A DNA stretch of 60,884 nt, filler included, from Catajapyx aquilonaris (Eukaryota), in assembly GCA_000934665.2 (NCBI GenBank). It is 2 parts of 2 records of this genome, joined end to end, with 100 filler letters (N's around TTAATTAATTAA, not from the genome) between each part and the next. Parts side by side here need not be neighbours in the genome. Positions count along the whole stretch, not along the records: positions 1 to 30,450 come from JYFJ02004647.1; positions 30,551 to 60,884 come from JYFJ02004648.1. One strand, written 5' to 3'. Positions 24,521-36,399 of this stretch are shown in pieces; within the stretch, counting starts at the first letter, position 1; the number at the start of each line of letters is the position of its first letter. The notes under the pieces are model-generated. The model was given only the letters and a program-made list of their open reading frames with translations, was not told the DNA's origin and made no database searches. A program made the translations under genes and the position numbers.

Positions 24521-24689
24521 CTCAGTGTTGTTTGGAGTGGATTTGGCGAGACCCGGGACCCTCGCACGCCTTATTCGCAGAAACCCTAATCTGCAAGACA
24601 TCGAAGTTTCCGACACGGCTCTTCGAACAGGTCGGATGGACATTCACCCACACATTCATGGCATATTCCTGCACCCAGAGCCGCATGTC

Positions 24690-25545
24690 TGCGGACAGCT
24701 TCTGCCTCTTGAAGAGTCGGTTTGGCATGGATCGGATTGGGTTTGCACAAAATCGATGCGACATGCCCTCCCAACGATGAAGTGCCTGCTGAAAGATGAC
24801 CTCTTCGTCTCCTCGTGCTGTCTCCCATCCCATGACCATTTCAGCACACAGGTTCTCTATACCGGTACTTCTATAGGATTAAGGTCTGATGACTTGGGCG
24901 GGAAGTCCACTACGAAGACGTCTGTCTTTGTCCTGGAACCATAGCTGAACTACCCGTGCCGTATGGATGGAGCAGTTATCTTGCACGACAACAATTTTCT
25001 ATTCATATGGGAACCTTTCCCTTACACTCGCCAATATTTTCATGCATTGGAACTTATCTAGATTACCATTTATGATTCAATGTGATGAAGACGCCCGGTC
25101 CCCAGAGAGGCACTGTCTTTCTGCCCCTATGTGCCTTCACTGCCACATTTTCTGGCAGATATCGGGTGCCCATTTCCCTCCAGCAATGGCGCACAACCTG
25201 CGAAAAAAAAAATAGCAAAATCCCTCAGAATATGGGACAGTGCAGTTGGTCCAATCCTTGTGAAGGTTCCGTCTTGAAAATAGAACACGTTTTTCTCTGT
25301 GCTTGTCCGTAAGGTTTTCCAGTAAAAGTCCGCCCAGGAACTGTCTTCTTGTTGAGAAGTTACTCTACTGGACTGCGCATGACAATATGAGGAAACCCTC
25401 CTATTGCACAAGCAAAGTCAGCTTGTTTTGCCCAATATGTGGCAAGACTAATACTCTTGGACTCATCAAGATAGGGGTTGCAAAACCCTACTGTAACACA
25501 AGTGAGCGAATTGAGAGATGCTTGGAATTGCATGCGCTACTTATC
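24690..25545 (-). pseudogene. Tc1-family (DDE) transposase relic
   Basis: KHREKRVLF, DWTN, IVVVQDNCSIHTARVVQLWFQ (~24930-24997), DFPPKSSDLNPIE (~24870-24908), CANPIRSMPNRL. Confidence 0.9.
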
Positions 25546-25559
25546 CTAATGTTGCCCCC

Positions 25560-26480
25560 AGTCTCACCTGCAGGCGCCTCCAGTCCTTGAAGAGAACTGC
25601 ATACTTCGACACTCCGTGGGGATTGCAGCAGTCCCGGTCTGTGTAGAGCGCTTGTGGAGGCTCCTGTCCAGCCTCCCGGAACCGCCGCACCTGGCCCCTG
25701 GGCAGCTCCTGCAGGGCGTCACTCGCCTCGGAGGAGGTGGTGAGGACGCTGGCCAGCACCTCTCCACGCTGATTCCCCACGGAGGTCAGCCATGCTGCAG
25801 TTCCCGCCATCTCCCCCTGCAGCTTCCGGCACGTCTTCTTTGTGGAATCCACTTTGATGATCCGGCCGTAGATGGAGGTGATGCCCGCCTTCACTTCCTC
25901 CAGGCGACCAAACACGTCCCTCACGTATGCCGCGAGGAACCACTTCGCAGTTGGTAGGGGACCATGACGGGGGGATGTGACGCAGCTTTCACACCTGCCC
26001 CAAAGTACCTCCTCGCCCCCGACCTGGCCCTCTCCAACTGCCCCAGGTAGGCCAGGTGTTTCCGTGCCCACTCCTCCTGGTGCAGCCTGTCCAGATGCTT
26101 GCCGAGGGCCGTGGGGCTGTTGCCCAAGGTCCGCTGCTGGAGCACGCTGACCACGGCACGGTCACAGGCTTATTTGTGTGTGAGGACTGCTGGGAACCGG
26201 ACCCTGAGGTCCTCGGGCACCTGGGCCATCACCCTGTCGTCCCAGGCCCTCAGCGTCAGGTTGCACTGCCTGCAACCGTAGTAGACCCGACCAGATGGTG
26301 TGTATCAGTGTCGTCGAGGACTACCCGGGCATGGTTGTACAGGCCCTTCTGCTGCAGGTCTCGCCGACACTGAGGGCACTTCAGCGCGAGGCCCCACATC
26401 CTCTTTGGTGCCCACAAGAACAGCCGCCGCCTAAAGTAGGCCGCTGGGATGGGAATGCCGACGACTCGGGGCTCTGGCGG
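25560..26480 (-). pseudogene. Dada-like (DUF6729-type) transposase relic, copy 2
   Basis: YFRRRLFLWAPKRMWGLALKCPQC..GLYNHARVVLD...RFPAVLT...IIKVDSTKK...LYTDRDCC...WRRLQVRL. Truncated just before the expected DxxH motif. Confidence 0.78.
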
Positions 26481-26599
26481 GTGGTACCAGTTGACAACAG
26501 TGATGTTTCATGGTTTTTCTCTGCCCCATGCAGCAATGTGCAAATTGTGCGTTGCACAGGCTACCCACAGGTCCTTTTGACGTGGATATGATGATTAAT

Positions 26600-27530
26600 A
26601 GGATCTCTTTTCTAAGACTGAAGTTGTCGGACATGAAGGATTGAAGCTTTTTTGATGAAGTCATGTCAGGCATCAGTGGAGGAGTCCAGCAGTTGTCTGA
26701 GCTGGTGACTCCTAATGTCCCCGTGAATGTTGTTATTCGAGTCCTGATCCATTGCTCGAAGCCCCGGGCACTGACGTTTTTGACCAAGGTCAGCAGTATG
26801 GGCCCCCAGATCGGGATCTGGAGACGGTAATTATCGAGTAGGTATCTCACATCTGACAGATTCTCGTCACATTTTAATCACAATATGGTGAAAGATATAC
26901 GAGTAGTATTATAATCCATGCTCGTAGTATCCTAAAAAATTATGGCTGTCCATTTATCGGACAAGAAATAATTGTCCTGTTATTTTCAATGATTCCAGCG
27001 AGCGCAGTTTGGGAACCGTGGACATAGCAGAAGAGAGATCCTGGTCCCAAAATAGTTTGCCCCAATTGTCTGGAAATGAAAGCGACCTACACTGCAGAAT
27101 GCCAAAGGAGTTGTCCTCATCGTATGAAATGTGTGATTATGGTTTGTTAGTCTGTTTATTCATTTGTGTAATGGTACAACAAGTCGGTTGTTAGGCAGTG
27201 AGTGGTAATTAGGATTGGGTTCAGTTTTTATGCAGTGCTTCTAGTGTACTTCTTAACCCGTGTTCTGTGAAGGAATTCCACTCGCAAGCAAAGCCAGACA
27301 GTGACTCATGGTTGCAAATGTTCACTAAATTGTGTTTCACCAAATGATGGGTTGACACAACAAGCGGTTTACTTCACACAACCAAATTGGCCTCAACTAA
27401 TTGTGGTTGGTTGTGTCAACCGACATAGTTTTTTCAGTGTACTTATCTTGCCAACTGGAGAGGTCCATGCGAATTTTTCCACTTCATCAATTTGTCTTTC
27501 TCTAATATTCCTTATCGTTTGATGTGTGAC
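26600..27530 (-). pseudogene. MULE (NOF/Foldback-like) transposase relic
   Basis: MSVDTT, EDNSFGILQ, LLCYVH and YLLDNY..IPIWGPIL appear in MULE order (D, D, CxxH, PLW). Confidence 0.45.
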
Positions 27531-27553
27531 CCAATTGGGAGCCGCTCTCAAGT

Positions 27554-27722
27554 TGGCCCCCGGAGTGAATGTGCTAGACGAGTAAAGGTATGTGCCGGAA
27601 TCGGCATGTGGGTCGGTGAATGTGCTCGATTTTTTTTTTGATTGAACTCTCATAGTTCCAGAGATATTCCAGTTTCAATATCCGGGGGCTAACTTGATGC
27701 TAGCCCCCGGAGTGAATGTGTT
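27554..27722. repeat. Short direct and inverted repeats
   Basis: GCCCCCGGAGTGAATGTG occurs at ~27555 and ~27703, GTGAATGTGCT at ~27616, plus the hairpin CCGGGGGCTA..TAGCCCCCGG (27682-27710). Confidence 0.6.
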
Positions 27723-28149
27723 CGGGTTCCAAAATGGGTGGAATAGATTCTGCGTTGGACGTGCTTAATGTGCTCGAGTAATGAAAATAAGTCATAATCA
27801 CACGCATACATAATAATATGCTGCAATAAGGCCTTACAGTTATACACGGCCAATCCCTTCTTTCTTTCGTCTGTACTTCGTCGATGTAAGTTGCGGAAAT
27901 TAGCCTCAATGATTCTTGCCCTCTCTTTCTAAGCTCTTCTTATGTCCATACTTCTGGCGTAGTTGGCTACCATCGATATGAATGGTGGTGTTCCGCCTGA
28001 CTCTTCAAAAATGTCGTCGTCTTTTCTGAGTGCCTCGCTGTCCAAATAAGCAGCGTAAGTCAGCGAGAGGAGGGTGTTCAAACTGCCGGAGTTTTTGATC
28101 CAAAGGGTTTTGTTTTTTAACCGTACTGGCTGCAGCAAACTTCCATTAC

Positions 28150-28900
28150 GAACGATTTTCAGACGTTTTTCACGTGCACAGGATATTGTATGTTCATCAC
28201 ATGAAAGTACTTGTATTCTAGGTACTGCCTTCACGAGGCTCGCCACTGCCACAGCGTCACACTCAAACACTATAAATACCTGATCTGGGTTGCACTTGCT
28301 TCCCATTGCCAAAATAAAAGGCTGCGTGATGCTGCCATCACTCATGGCCCATTCGTTTCCGACAAACACTATACTGCTTTAACTTACATAGCCAGTACCG
28401 CTGGAGCCTTTTTATCAGTTGGGAACGTCGCGTCGTCACATTGTCTTGGGCCAACTATAATTTGTGACATTTGCTGGGAAAGCACCCATGTCGTTCGGTC
28501 AGCACTTTCAAAAAAACATCCCTATTCTGCCCCATTTTTTTTAATTTTCATTGTAAGTGATTTGTCCCTTATCCGCCTTGAGCTTTTTGATTATGTCGGG
28601 GTAGGCTCGTTGTACCAGTGGTACTAGCTCGAACCCTCCTGCTGCCGTTGGATCATGTAGTGGCTCCTCCAAGCTGTCAGAAATTTCTAATATCTTCCCA
28701 CTTGAACTCTCGGACGCTCTAAGACATGTTGCCTGATTGGGCACACAAATTGCTCCTTCGCTTTGGCCGGCATGGGTAATTCGCATAATGTACTCAGCGA
28801 GCTTTTTATTTATTAATTTAAACTGTGTGCCCTTTCGAGGTATGAGGACTTCAAGAGTTCTCTCATCAATCAGGAGAAAACTCTTACCGTCTATCTTTTC
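28150..28900 (-). pseudogene. CACTA/EnSpm accessory ORF relic
   Basis: ITQPFILAMG..PDQVFIVFECDAVAVASLVKAV resembles the conserved C-terminus (QPFI..G...F.....S..KAVD..FK) of animal EnSpm second ORFs. Confidence 0.55.
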
Positions 28901-29550
28901 ACCTGCACAGATTTTATAAATATAAGAAATCGCTGTTGGAGGGGATGGTTCCCTTCTTCCGTATCACTCTCAGATCGTGATCGATCTCGCTTTGATAGCC
29001 TTGATGGGCCATCCATTGCTTCCGCTGGGGTTTCCAGCGTGAGCTCACAATCATTCCCATGCGCTGCTGCACCATTCTGGGCCGCCAATGGGTTACGATT
29101 CTGAGTTTCAAAGTTCGAACTGTCAGTGTCAAGCTGTCAACAATTATCCAACAACCAATCAGTGATAAACGTCCCCCTTAGCCCTACTTCCTACGCCAGG
29201 AGGGGTACGGTCAAAATCCCAACCAGGTCTCAGGTTGTGATGATCATGATCCGATCATCCGATCAAGGATGATGAGGCCTTCAGTCTAGAAGCGCGCCCC
29301 AATTTATAGGGGTTGGCGCGAAGTATGCTGGGAGATGATGCCAAGGTTAAAAAATAAACGGAGTTGATGGGGTAAGCATGCGGATAGGTCTCGAGTATAC
29401 TCGGAATTTACACATTTCTTGCTTCATTGCATTTGAAGCGATTTGAAATATTACTTACATTTATATTGAACTATTCTAGCCACTTGGTTAGGTTCTACAC
29501 CCTGTGCCACACTTAGTTCGTCAAAGTCAAGTAGACTCTGTGTGTGATCC

Positions 29551-29883
29551 TTATAGCGTGTATATTGTAGGTGGTGCAGAGGGCTTGACTGTTGCCAATT
29601 TGTCACTGATATCATCGTATTTTTCAAATGGTCCATCTATCCTCCTACAGTACGCTACGTAATGGCCCACCGTTTCATGGTATCCGCTATGGCTAATCCC
29701 TACGATGCCCCGCAGCTGGTAGTTCTTCTCTTCAATGCGTATCTTGCTTGGGCTGTCCTTCAATGCGAAGTAACGCACCAGTTCCGTGTTGACCCCTTCG
29801 CCATTTGAGGTGGTAGTGCATATAATATCCACCAATAAGTGATGCATAGTGGAAGTATTCACATACCTGGTTCCGGTGCACAT
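29551..29883 (-). pseudogene. USP/C19-like peptidase C-terminal fragment, as found in NOF-FB-type MULE proteins
   Basis: LKDSPSKIRIEEKNYQLRGIV...VGHYVAYCRRIDGPFEKYDD matches the His box YxLxGxx..GHYxAY...YDD. Confidence 0.75.
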
Positions 29884-30450
29884 AGAACTTTTTGATATGG
29901 TAGGATCCGCCCATCACGTTACATCACGGTATTATAAATAATAAATTGAATGAAGCTGTTACAGCAGCTTTCAAGTCGTAATATGCATAATTTTTCTGAC
30001 ACATTGCAATAAACGTTTGTGAAAGTTTAGTTGTGTTTTGAAGCTCGAAAGAGTCAGTGGAAGCCCTGACTTCAAATCCAACGATATAGTTCCAGGTTGC
30101 CCGTTCCAGGTTGAAGAAATCGCAGTGAGCCAGCACTGATCCCACTGTCGTGGAAGCTGGGATATGCCTTTCCCTGGGCTATGAGAGCAACCAGTTTGTC
30201 ACAAGGTTCTGCATCTCTGCGTCCGATGCAAACCTTTGCCATGCTTTGACCTTCCAGATATTTCTTGAGGGGGCCGATTAATTTATTATTACATGCAATT
30301 CACTTTGGATATTTCTGTGTGAATTCCATTTTAACCATTTATTTGTGTATACAGCTGTAGATACAGAATTGAGTTTGCTTGCTGAGCCATGGGAGCTTGA
30401 AAATTTGATCTCATAAAACCAGCACATGATTGGTGGGCATAGCACAACAA

Positions 30451-30550
30451 NNNNNNNNNNNNNNNNNNNNNNNNNNNNNNNNNNNNNNNNNNNNTTAATT
30501 AATTAANNNNNNNNNNNNNNNNNNNNNNNNNNNNNNNNNNNNNNNNNNNN
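30451..30550. other. Artificial 100-nt contig spacer
   Basis: 44 N + TTAATTAATTAA (30495-30506, stops in all six frames) + 44 N. Confidence 0.97.
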
Positions 30551-30911
30551 CAATAAACTGTAATAATTTTAGGGTTATTAAGTGTGTAATTAAATGCCAC
30601 TTAATATCGTAATTAAGTCCTTGTTATGCCGTAGGCGGCATGACAGATCCAACTCTCGCAGTAAATAGCATATATTCCCACACAAAACACAGCATACAGC
30701 TTACCAGTACCCCAAATAAATACCAACAATCTCCCTGGGTCTGAACCCGCACTAGATCACAACACAAGAAATAAATAAGAGGAGGGGACACAACCAACCC
30801 GGGGAGGAGAATGAATCCTCCCCTCCACTTTACTACCCTTCAAACCTCGCATTCCTCCCCCCAGTCAGCGGGCCACACCAACGAGGGAGCCAGCTCCATT
30901 TCCCCCCTCCT
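30551..30911 (-). mobile_element. Gypsy 3' LTR (truncated by the gap) with polypurine tract
   Basis: Minus-strand AGGAGGGGGGAAA (30899-30911) is followed by TG at 30898, downstream of the integrase. Confidence 0.7.
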
Positions 30912-31127
30912 TCAACCCCTTTTTACCTTAACACTACTGGGACCCAGATACAACCTTAAACAATTACTGTACATCCTAACCTAGTGATTCTCCTCCCCAA
31001 AAAAGAAAGTACAACAAAACAAAAGGGCATGATGACACAAGGTGACGAGTTGTGGGGAAAACAAAGCGTCACAAAATCCCCCTCCCACAACAGAATCGGG
31101 GCGCCGGAAAAGCAACGTGGGGGACCA

Positions 31128-31775
31128 TTACACCCGAAAATAAAAAGACTTTAACTGGCTTACATGCCATCTCCCAGCTGATACGCCATTTTCTGTCAAC
31201 AACCCATAAATGTTCCCCCTGACCTCTCCCACACGGAATGGTCCTACATACACAGGAGCCAACCTTTTCATAAACTTATCCGTGGCCTTGGACAAGACGT
31301 GATTCCGCCTCAAAACCCACTCCCCCCACCTGGAAAGTCACTCCTTCTATTTCGGTCATAATAAAAGGCCGACTTCTGTCTGCTCCTCTTGAGTTGTTCG
31401 ATCATAGCAACCTTGGCAATCTTAACCCTCTCTGTTAATTGCTTTACATACATTTCCAACGAACTCGCCTCGGGGGGGCCGCCGAGATCTCCACACAATT
31501 TTAATTCTCTCCCTAAATTGGCATAGGCGGGGACGATACCAGTCCAATCATGAACAGCAGTTCTTATAGCAAAAGCAAATTCCTCAAGATACTTGTCCCA
31601 CACTCTGTGATCGTCCTCTACATATGATGCAATCATGGTCTTTACCACACGGTTCACTCTTTCAGTGGGGTTTGCCTGGGGATGGTACAAAGCAGTGAAT
31701 TTTATCTTTATATTCCAATTGTCACATGCGGTACGGAAGGACTTACTACAAAATTGCGATCCATTGTCTACAATT
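31128..31775 (-). pseudogene. Ty3/Gypsy integrase (core plus GPY/F module), frameshifted and 5'-truncated
   Basis: IVDNGSQFCS..TALYHPQANPTERVNR..EFAFAIRTAVH, then RLAPVYVGPFRV..WHVSQLK. Confidence 0.95.
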
Positions 31776-32299
31776 GAGGGGGTGAAAATCAAAAACCGAC
31801 AGCTCCGTCATAAACGTAACGGAGAAAAACGAAAAAAAAACCTACAGTTTCGCCGTATGTCAACGTAGACACCTGAATGTAGCGGCTATAGATTCCTTTA
31901 CTAGCAACTCAACCATTGGTAAGTTATTATGAAATCATCCGCCATAACCTAATGAGCTGTGGACCGTCCATTCCACCACTGGCCGGTTTTTGATTTGCAA
32001 CAGGCTGGAGTTGGCGCTTTTTGATGCAAAATTGAGTGAGGGAAACATGAAACACAGGTTTATCCGGCGTGTAAATGTTTAAGTTTATTCCACGCTGCAC
32101 TTTTAATATGCATTTAATAAATAATGGGAACACAGAGTTGTGTGAGAGCAATTTTTCACATTACAAAATACCCAGGCTGTTTGAAATGTGTGGATATTGC
32201 TCATTCCAATAGCCTTTTTGTGATCAGAAGTTGGTTAATTGCATGTATTACTTCTGCAGAAACCAGCAGCCTTTTAATAAGTCGTGCAATAATGCTGTC

Positions 32300-35100
32300 T
32301 GAAGGTGTTCTTTTACGCTGAATTATTTTACTACCAGTATATTCACTTGTATCGTTGTAGAGCTGGTGAAATTGCTCCCATGTTCATGTCAAATATTCCT
32401 GTAGAGAGCGTACTTCACAAGCCACATGAATGTATACTACTCGCAGAGCATTGCACACAATTGGATCCTGCATGAGGGGAAACTATTTAGTTGTTACCAC
32501 ACATACTTTGCCACACTTACATATGGGTCTATAACTGAATCCAAGGAATGTGAATGGATTGGAAATTGGACATTTTTAATTTGCTCAGTTAGGCTCATAC
32601 TTTGCTTATTGTGATCTTCTGAGCATACCTGACATGCCCAATGACCACCACTCCCATATCCCATGTAAAAGCCCTCTGTGGGTGATATGTAAATGAGTGA
32701 TTGAGTGTTGACTATGATTTCAATCCCGTAAATAGCCTTTGCTTATAGTGTCAAAAGACGGCAGCATGCATGTTGCTCTGAGGCAATGTCTGAATGCCAA
32801 TCATTTATGAAGGTTTAAAAATGCACAAACTGCTGGTCAAATGAAGGGTTGCCCAAATTTTGTGAGGTGCGGTATATTAACACAAGTCTGCAAAATTTCG
32901 CTAATAAAAATATTCTAATTATGTGAATAGTCATATTCATTTGCAACCGATGAAAATTATGAAAAATGTAACTAGAAGTATGGTGCTCTGTATGAGGCCA
33001 CTAATAAGGATGGTAGACTCCTCATCTTGCTTACATCTTTGGAATGTGTGGATATTGCTCATGTTTAGTGTTGTCTCTTGTCACGGAGCCGTTTTGCTTC
33101 ATGACTCACAAAGATATCCTTGTCGGTCTTCGTCGCAGTCTTCATCCTGAGTCTGGTCGCAGCCTTATCTTCTTCGTGTTTACCAGCAGCAACCCTCATT
33201 TGCCTGCCTTCCCACACGAAATGTACTTTGGAAAGTGTACTTGGCTGCTTTGCCAAGGAGCATGGCAGGAGAGCCCACCATCACATTGTTACATAATTAT
33301 GTCAAAGACTTAAAACGGGCGAAGAATCCGAAATTTTGATATTGTTTATCATAGTCTGACACTTTTGACAAAATCTTCTAATTTATTAGGAGAAATATGG
33401 ATACCATGAAATATATGTTGTTCCTTACTCCGATCCTGAAATGCTCCTCAGTGCTTCAATGTTTTCAATTCCTGGAATTTTATTACCCCTTACAGGTTAT
33501 TGCTAAGTAGTAGTCTGTTGCCTTAACAACCCAGGTTTTTATTTTTTGCAAAAAATTTTACAGAACAACCTTACATTATGTCGTGCCGGAGGTGTTACTT
33601 AAGTGGTCATATTGGGATTCCCTCCACGTGGCTTTTCCCCTTAGGCCAGGGGGTGCCCAGGAGAGTCGGCAGGAAAATGACATAAACTGTTGGCGTACGA
33701 TTAATCAGAGGGGATTATTCACTCGATCATGTGGCTGAATTGGTAATTTTTTCGTGCGTATAGCTAAGTCACTTGTTAAAGTGCTGCTTCACTTTTTTTT
33801 TAATCAGGTGTAATGTCAGCCTTTGTCACTGGAACAATGATGGTAACATCGTCATTTATTGTGGCATGCTGCATTGAATAGGACGCGGACTGTATAATTA
33901 TTTGAACATTCTTTCATATCTTGATAATTACATGTGCATGACTTTTAATTTGATGTGATCGTCCACCCTGGTTTGCAATTTTTGTCTCCGACTACAATGT
34001 GACTTTCACCTGCTGCAGAATCTCTGGTCCATCATGCCCACGGAACAGTCTTGTGAAGCACATGACAAGTTGAATTTTTCAGCTCTGGCTGCATAATTTT
34101 TCAAATTCCTCCACAAATATTTGGTCAGATTCAATTCACGATCCGTGTGGAAAACCCAATGTGAACAGCAGTTCTTAGCATGCATCAAAATAGTTATTTT
34201 GATGTCCACTGCGGTTTAATATTGCTTAACTTGCACTTTTGATCCAAGTGTGTTCACTCACTGTCAGTGTTGACGTATCAGTCGCAGGAGTGTTCATCTG
34301 GTGTGCTTGCGTTGTTCTGGCAGTAAAGTTTGTCGTTCCAGCTCAATGTCTAGTCCTGTGGAGTAAGATTCCCAGCATAATTTCTATTATAGTTTGCGGT
34401 GTGACTTCAACAAGCACTGAAGCCAATCCTCCAACCCAATTGGTCGTCCATAGATTCATCTGGCCATTCGGTCATTCCTGACATCACTAAGCAAGTATAA
34501 GCATATTAAATCCTCTCGTCGGAGTTTGGTATTATTAAAGCATTATACATATGAAATTCTGTAGCACTCCGTCTTGATTGTAGTATACAATACCCAACAT
34601 TTATTTAGATCCTGGAAGTAATGTGCTCCTTTTTCCTGCCAATAGATCCGTGTGCATAAAATTGGTATGCATGCCAGATGGTACACTTGACCTTGGTACT
34701 TTAACAGTTTGGCATGAATTTCCTTTCCTGTACCATTTTGGAGCCAAATGATGTCATGCGAAATGCAGATTTGTGAAGGTGGTGTGGTGGTGGGGAGAAG
34801 TAAGGTTGATTGGTGTTAGTTCGTCTATTCACACCATGATAAAATGTACCAACGCATGTACAGCTATTTGATGGAAGTGAACTGTGTTTCCAGTTGGTGG
34901 TTCTGTCAAAATTTCCTCTATACTACTAGACAGGCTAACATTTTGTTCGACAAAAAGACTCATAGTTGTAATGATGAGATATTGATATGTGATTAAACAC
35001 TGATGAATATTACTGCGGCTTTGAATATGGTTTACCTTTGGTACTGGAATCTGGACTGAATTTTGTTCCGCAGCTTGCAGTTTGGCTTTGAAGTTTGGAC
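32300..35100 (-). pseudogene. Zisupton/KDZ-like transposon relic, copy A
   Basis: ASCGTKF (CxC), SWAP.GLRGKATWRES, HGI...KSVR(D)Y, then Ulp1-like pieces. DNA 33355-35100 is homologous to 36490-37940. Confidence 0.6.
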
Positions 35101-35109
35101 TGTTGCATT

Positions 35110-35700
35110 TGGATCTGTATGTCTCGCATGCTGTACAGGAGCACTGAAAATACCAATCCTACATACTGTGTATGTGATTTTGACCACAAAATACGGGAAA
35201 ACAAGCGGGAACAAACAAACGATATGTATGTTGCAGGAGCAGTGTCTGCTAGATATTCAGGACATTATTTTCATTCTGCGTCGTCTTCTTTAGGCTTTGG
35301 AGAAGACCTAAAGAAACATGATGTGTGTAATCAGTGTGTATCAGTGCAAATTTTGTCCCCACAAGGTACGATATCTTGTCTTTTACCCAGCATTTGAGAA
35401 CTCACACTGGAGAGACGCCACAAACTTGCAGTCATAGCAGTAAGAAATTCACATGCAAGCATCACTTGAATACTCATATCAATTTTGTTCACCTGGACAA
35501 GAAGCCACATGAATGTGAATTGTGCAGCCAGAAATTTGCCCAATCCTGTTATTTGAAACGTCACCTAAATTCGGTTCATTTGAAACTGAAATTGCACTCG
35601 TGTGACGTTTGTGGGGAGAAACTTTGAGCGCTTAGTCACCTTAGACCTTAGTGAATCAGAAGAGTGCACCTTACTCATGCTCATAATGTGGGAAGAAATT
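35110..35700 (+). pseudogene. ZAD (zf-AD) plus C2H2 zinc-finger gene remnant
   Basis: VCLAC...TIC...QCLLDI...LRR (ZAD-like) is followed by HLRTHTGE, CELCSQKFAQSCYLKRHLNSVH and CDVCG. The remnant has frameshifts and stops. Confidence 0.8.
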
Positions 35701-36059
35701 TAGCAACGTGGGAATGTGGGAATAATTTTGCACGTAGCCCTCCATCATGTGACAGGAGTGTAGGTTGTAGGTGTAGGTGTGCCTATCTATTCCTACGTGT
35801 ACTAGATGGAAGATGACTGTTGTGCTCAAAATGATAATGATTTCCTTTATTCAGGCCTTAACATTTTTTTTAAATGCATTTAAAATTTTAGGAGTATGGG
35901 TGTCTAATTTTGTGAGATCCCTTAGATGGTACACATTGTAATTTTTTTCCACCTTTGTTCGAAAATTTCTAATGCTGTATGGATCTGTAATGTTGCATTT
36001 AATGTAATTTGCAATTGGGTAGATGGCTCCGGTACTTGTGGTTTGAATTTTGGCAAACA

Positions 36060-36397
36060 TGTCATTGTCGCTCCGGCGATACTAGTGTAACTCTAGCTAT
36101 GAGTTGGGATAGGTATGGGTTATATAAGTGGAGAGTATATTTTAACGGGCGTTTTATATGGTTGTTTGTATATTTATATGTGTGTATTGCGCGTGTGTTT
36201 GTGTATCTGTATGTATTCATGTCATCCTTTTCATTATCATCCTATTCATTATATCCTCTGCGTGGCCTGACCAGTCACCAGAGGATTCATTATACTGGTC
36301 GTTCGAGATGGCCAGGTGGACTGTAAGGCCTACCTGGTCATCGCTGGTAACCCCATCTTTATGGGAATATGCCGTGAAATGTATGTATGTATGTATG
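36060..36397 (+). mobile_element. 3' end of a non-LTR retroposon with an (ATGT)n tail
   Basis: ...CCCCATCTTTATGGGAATATGCCGTGAA is followed by ATGT repeats (36379-36397). It abuts the truncation point of the Zisupton-like copy B. Confidence 0.45.
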
Positions 36398-36399
36398 TT

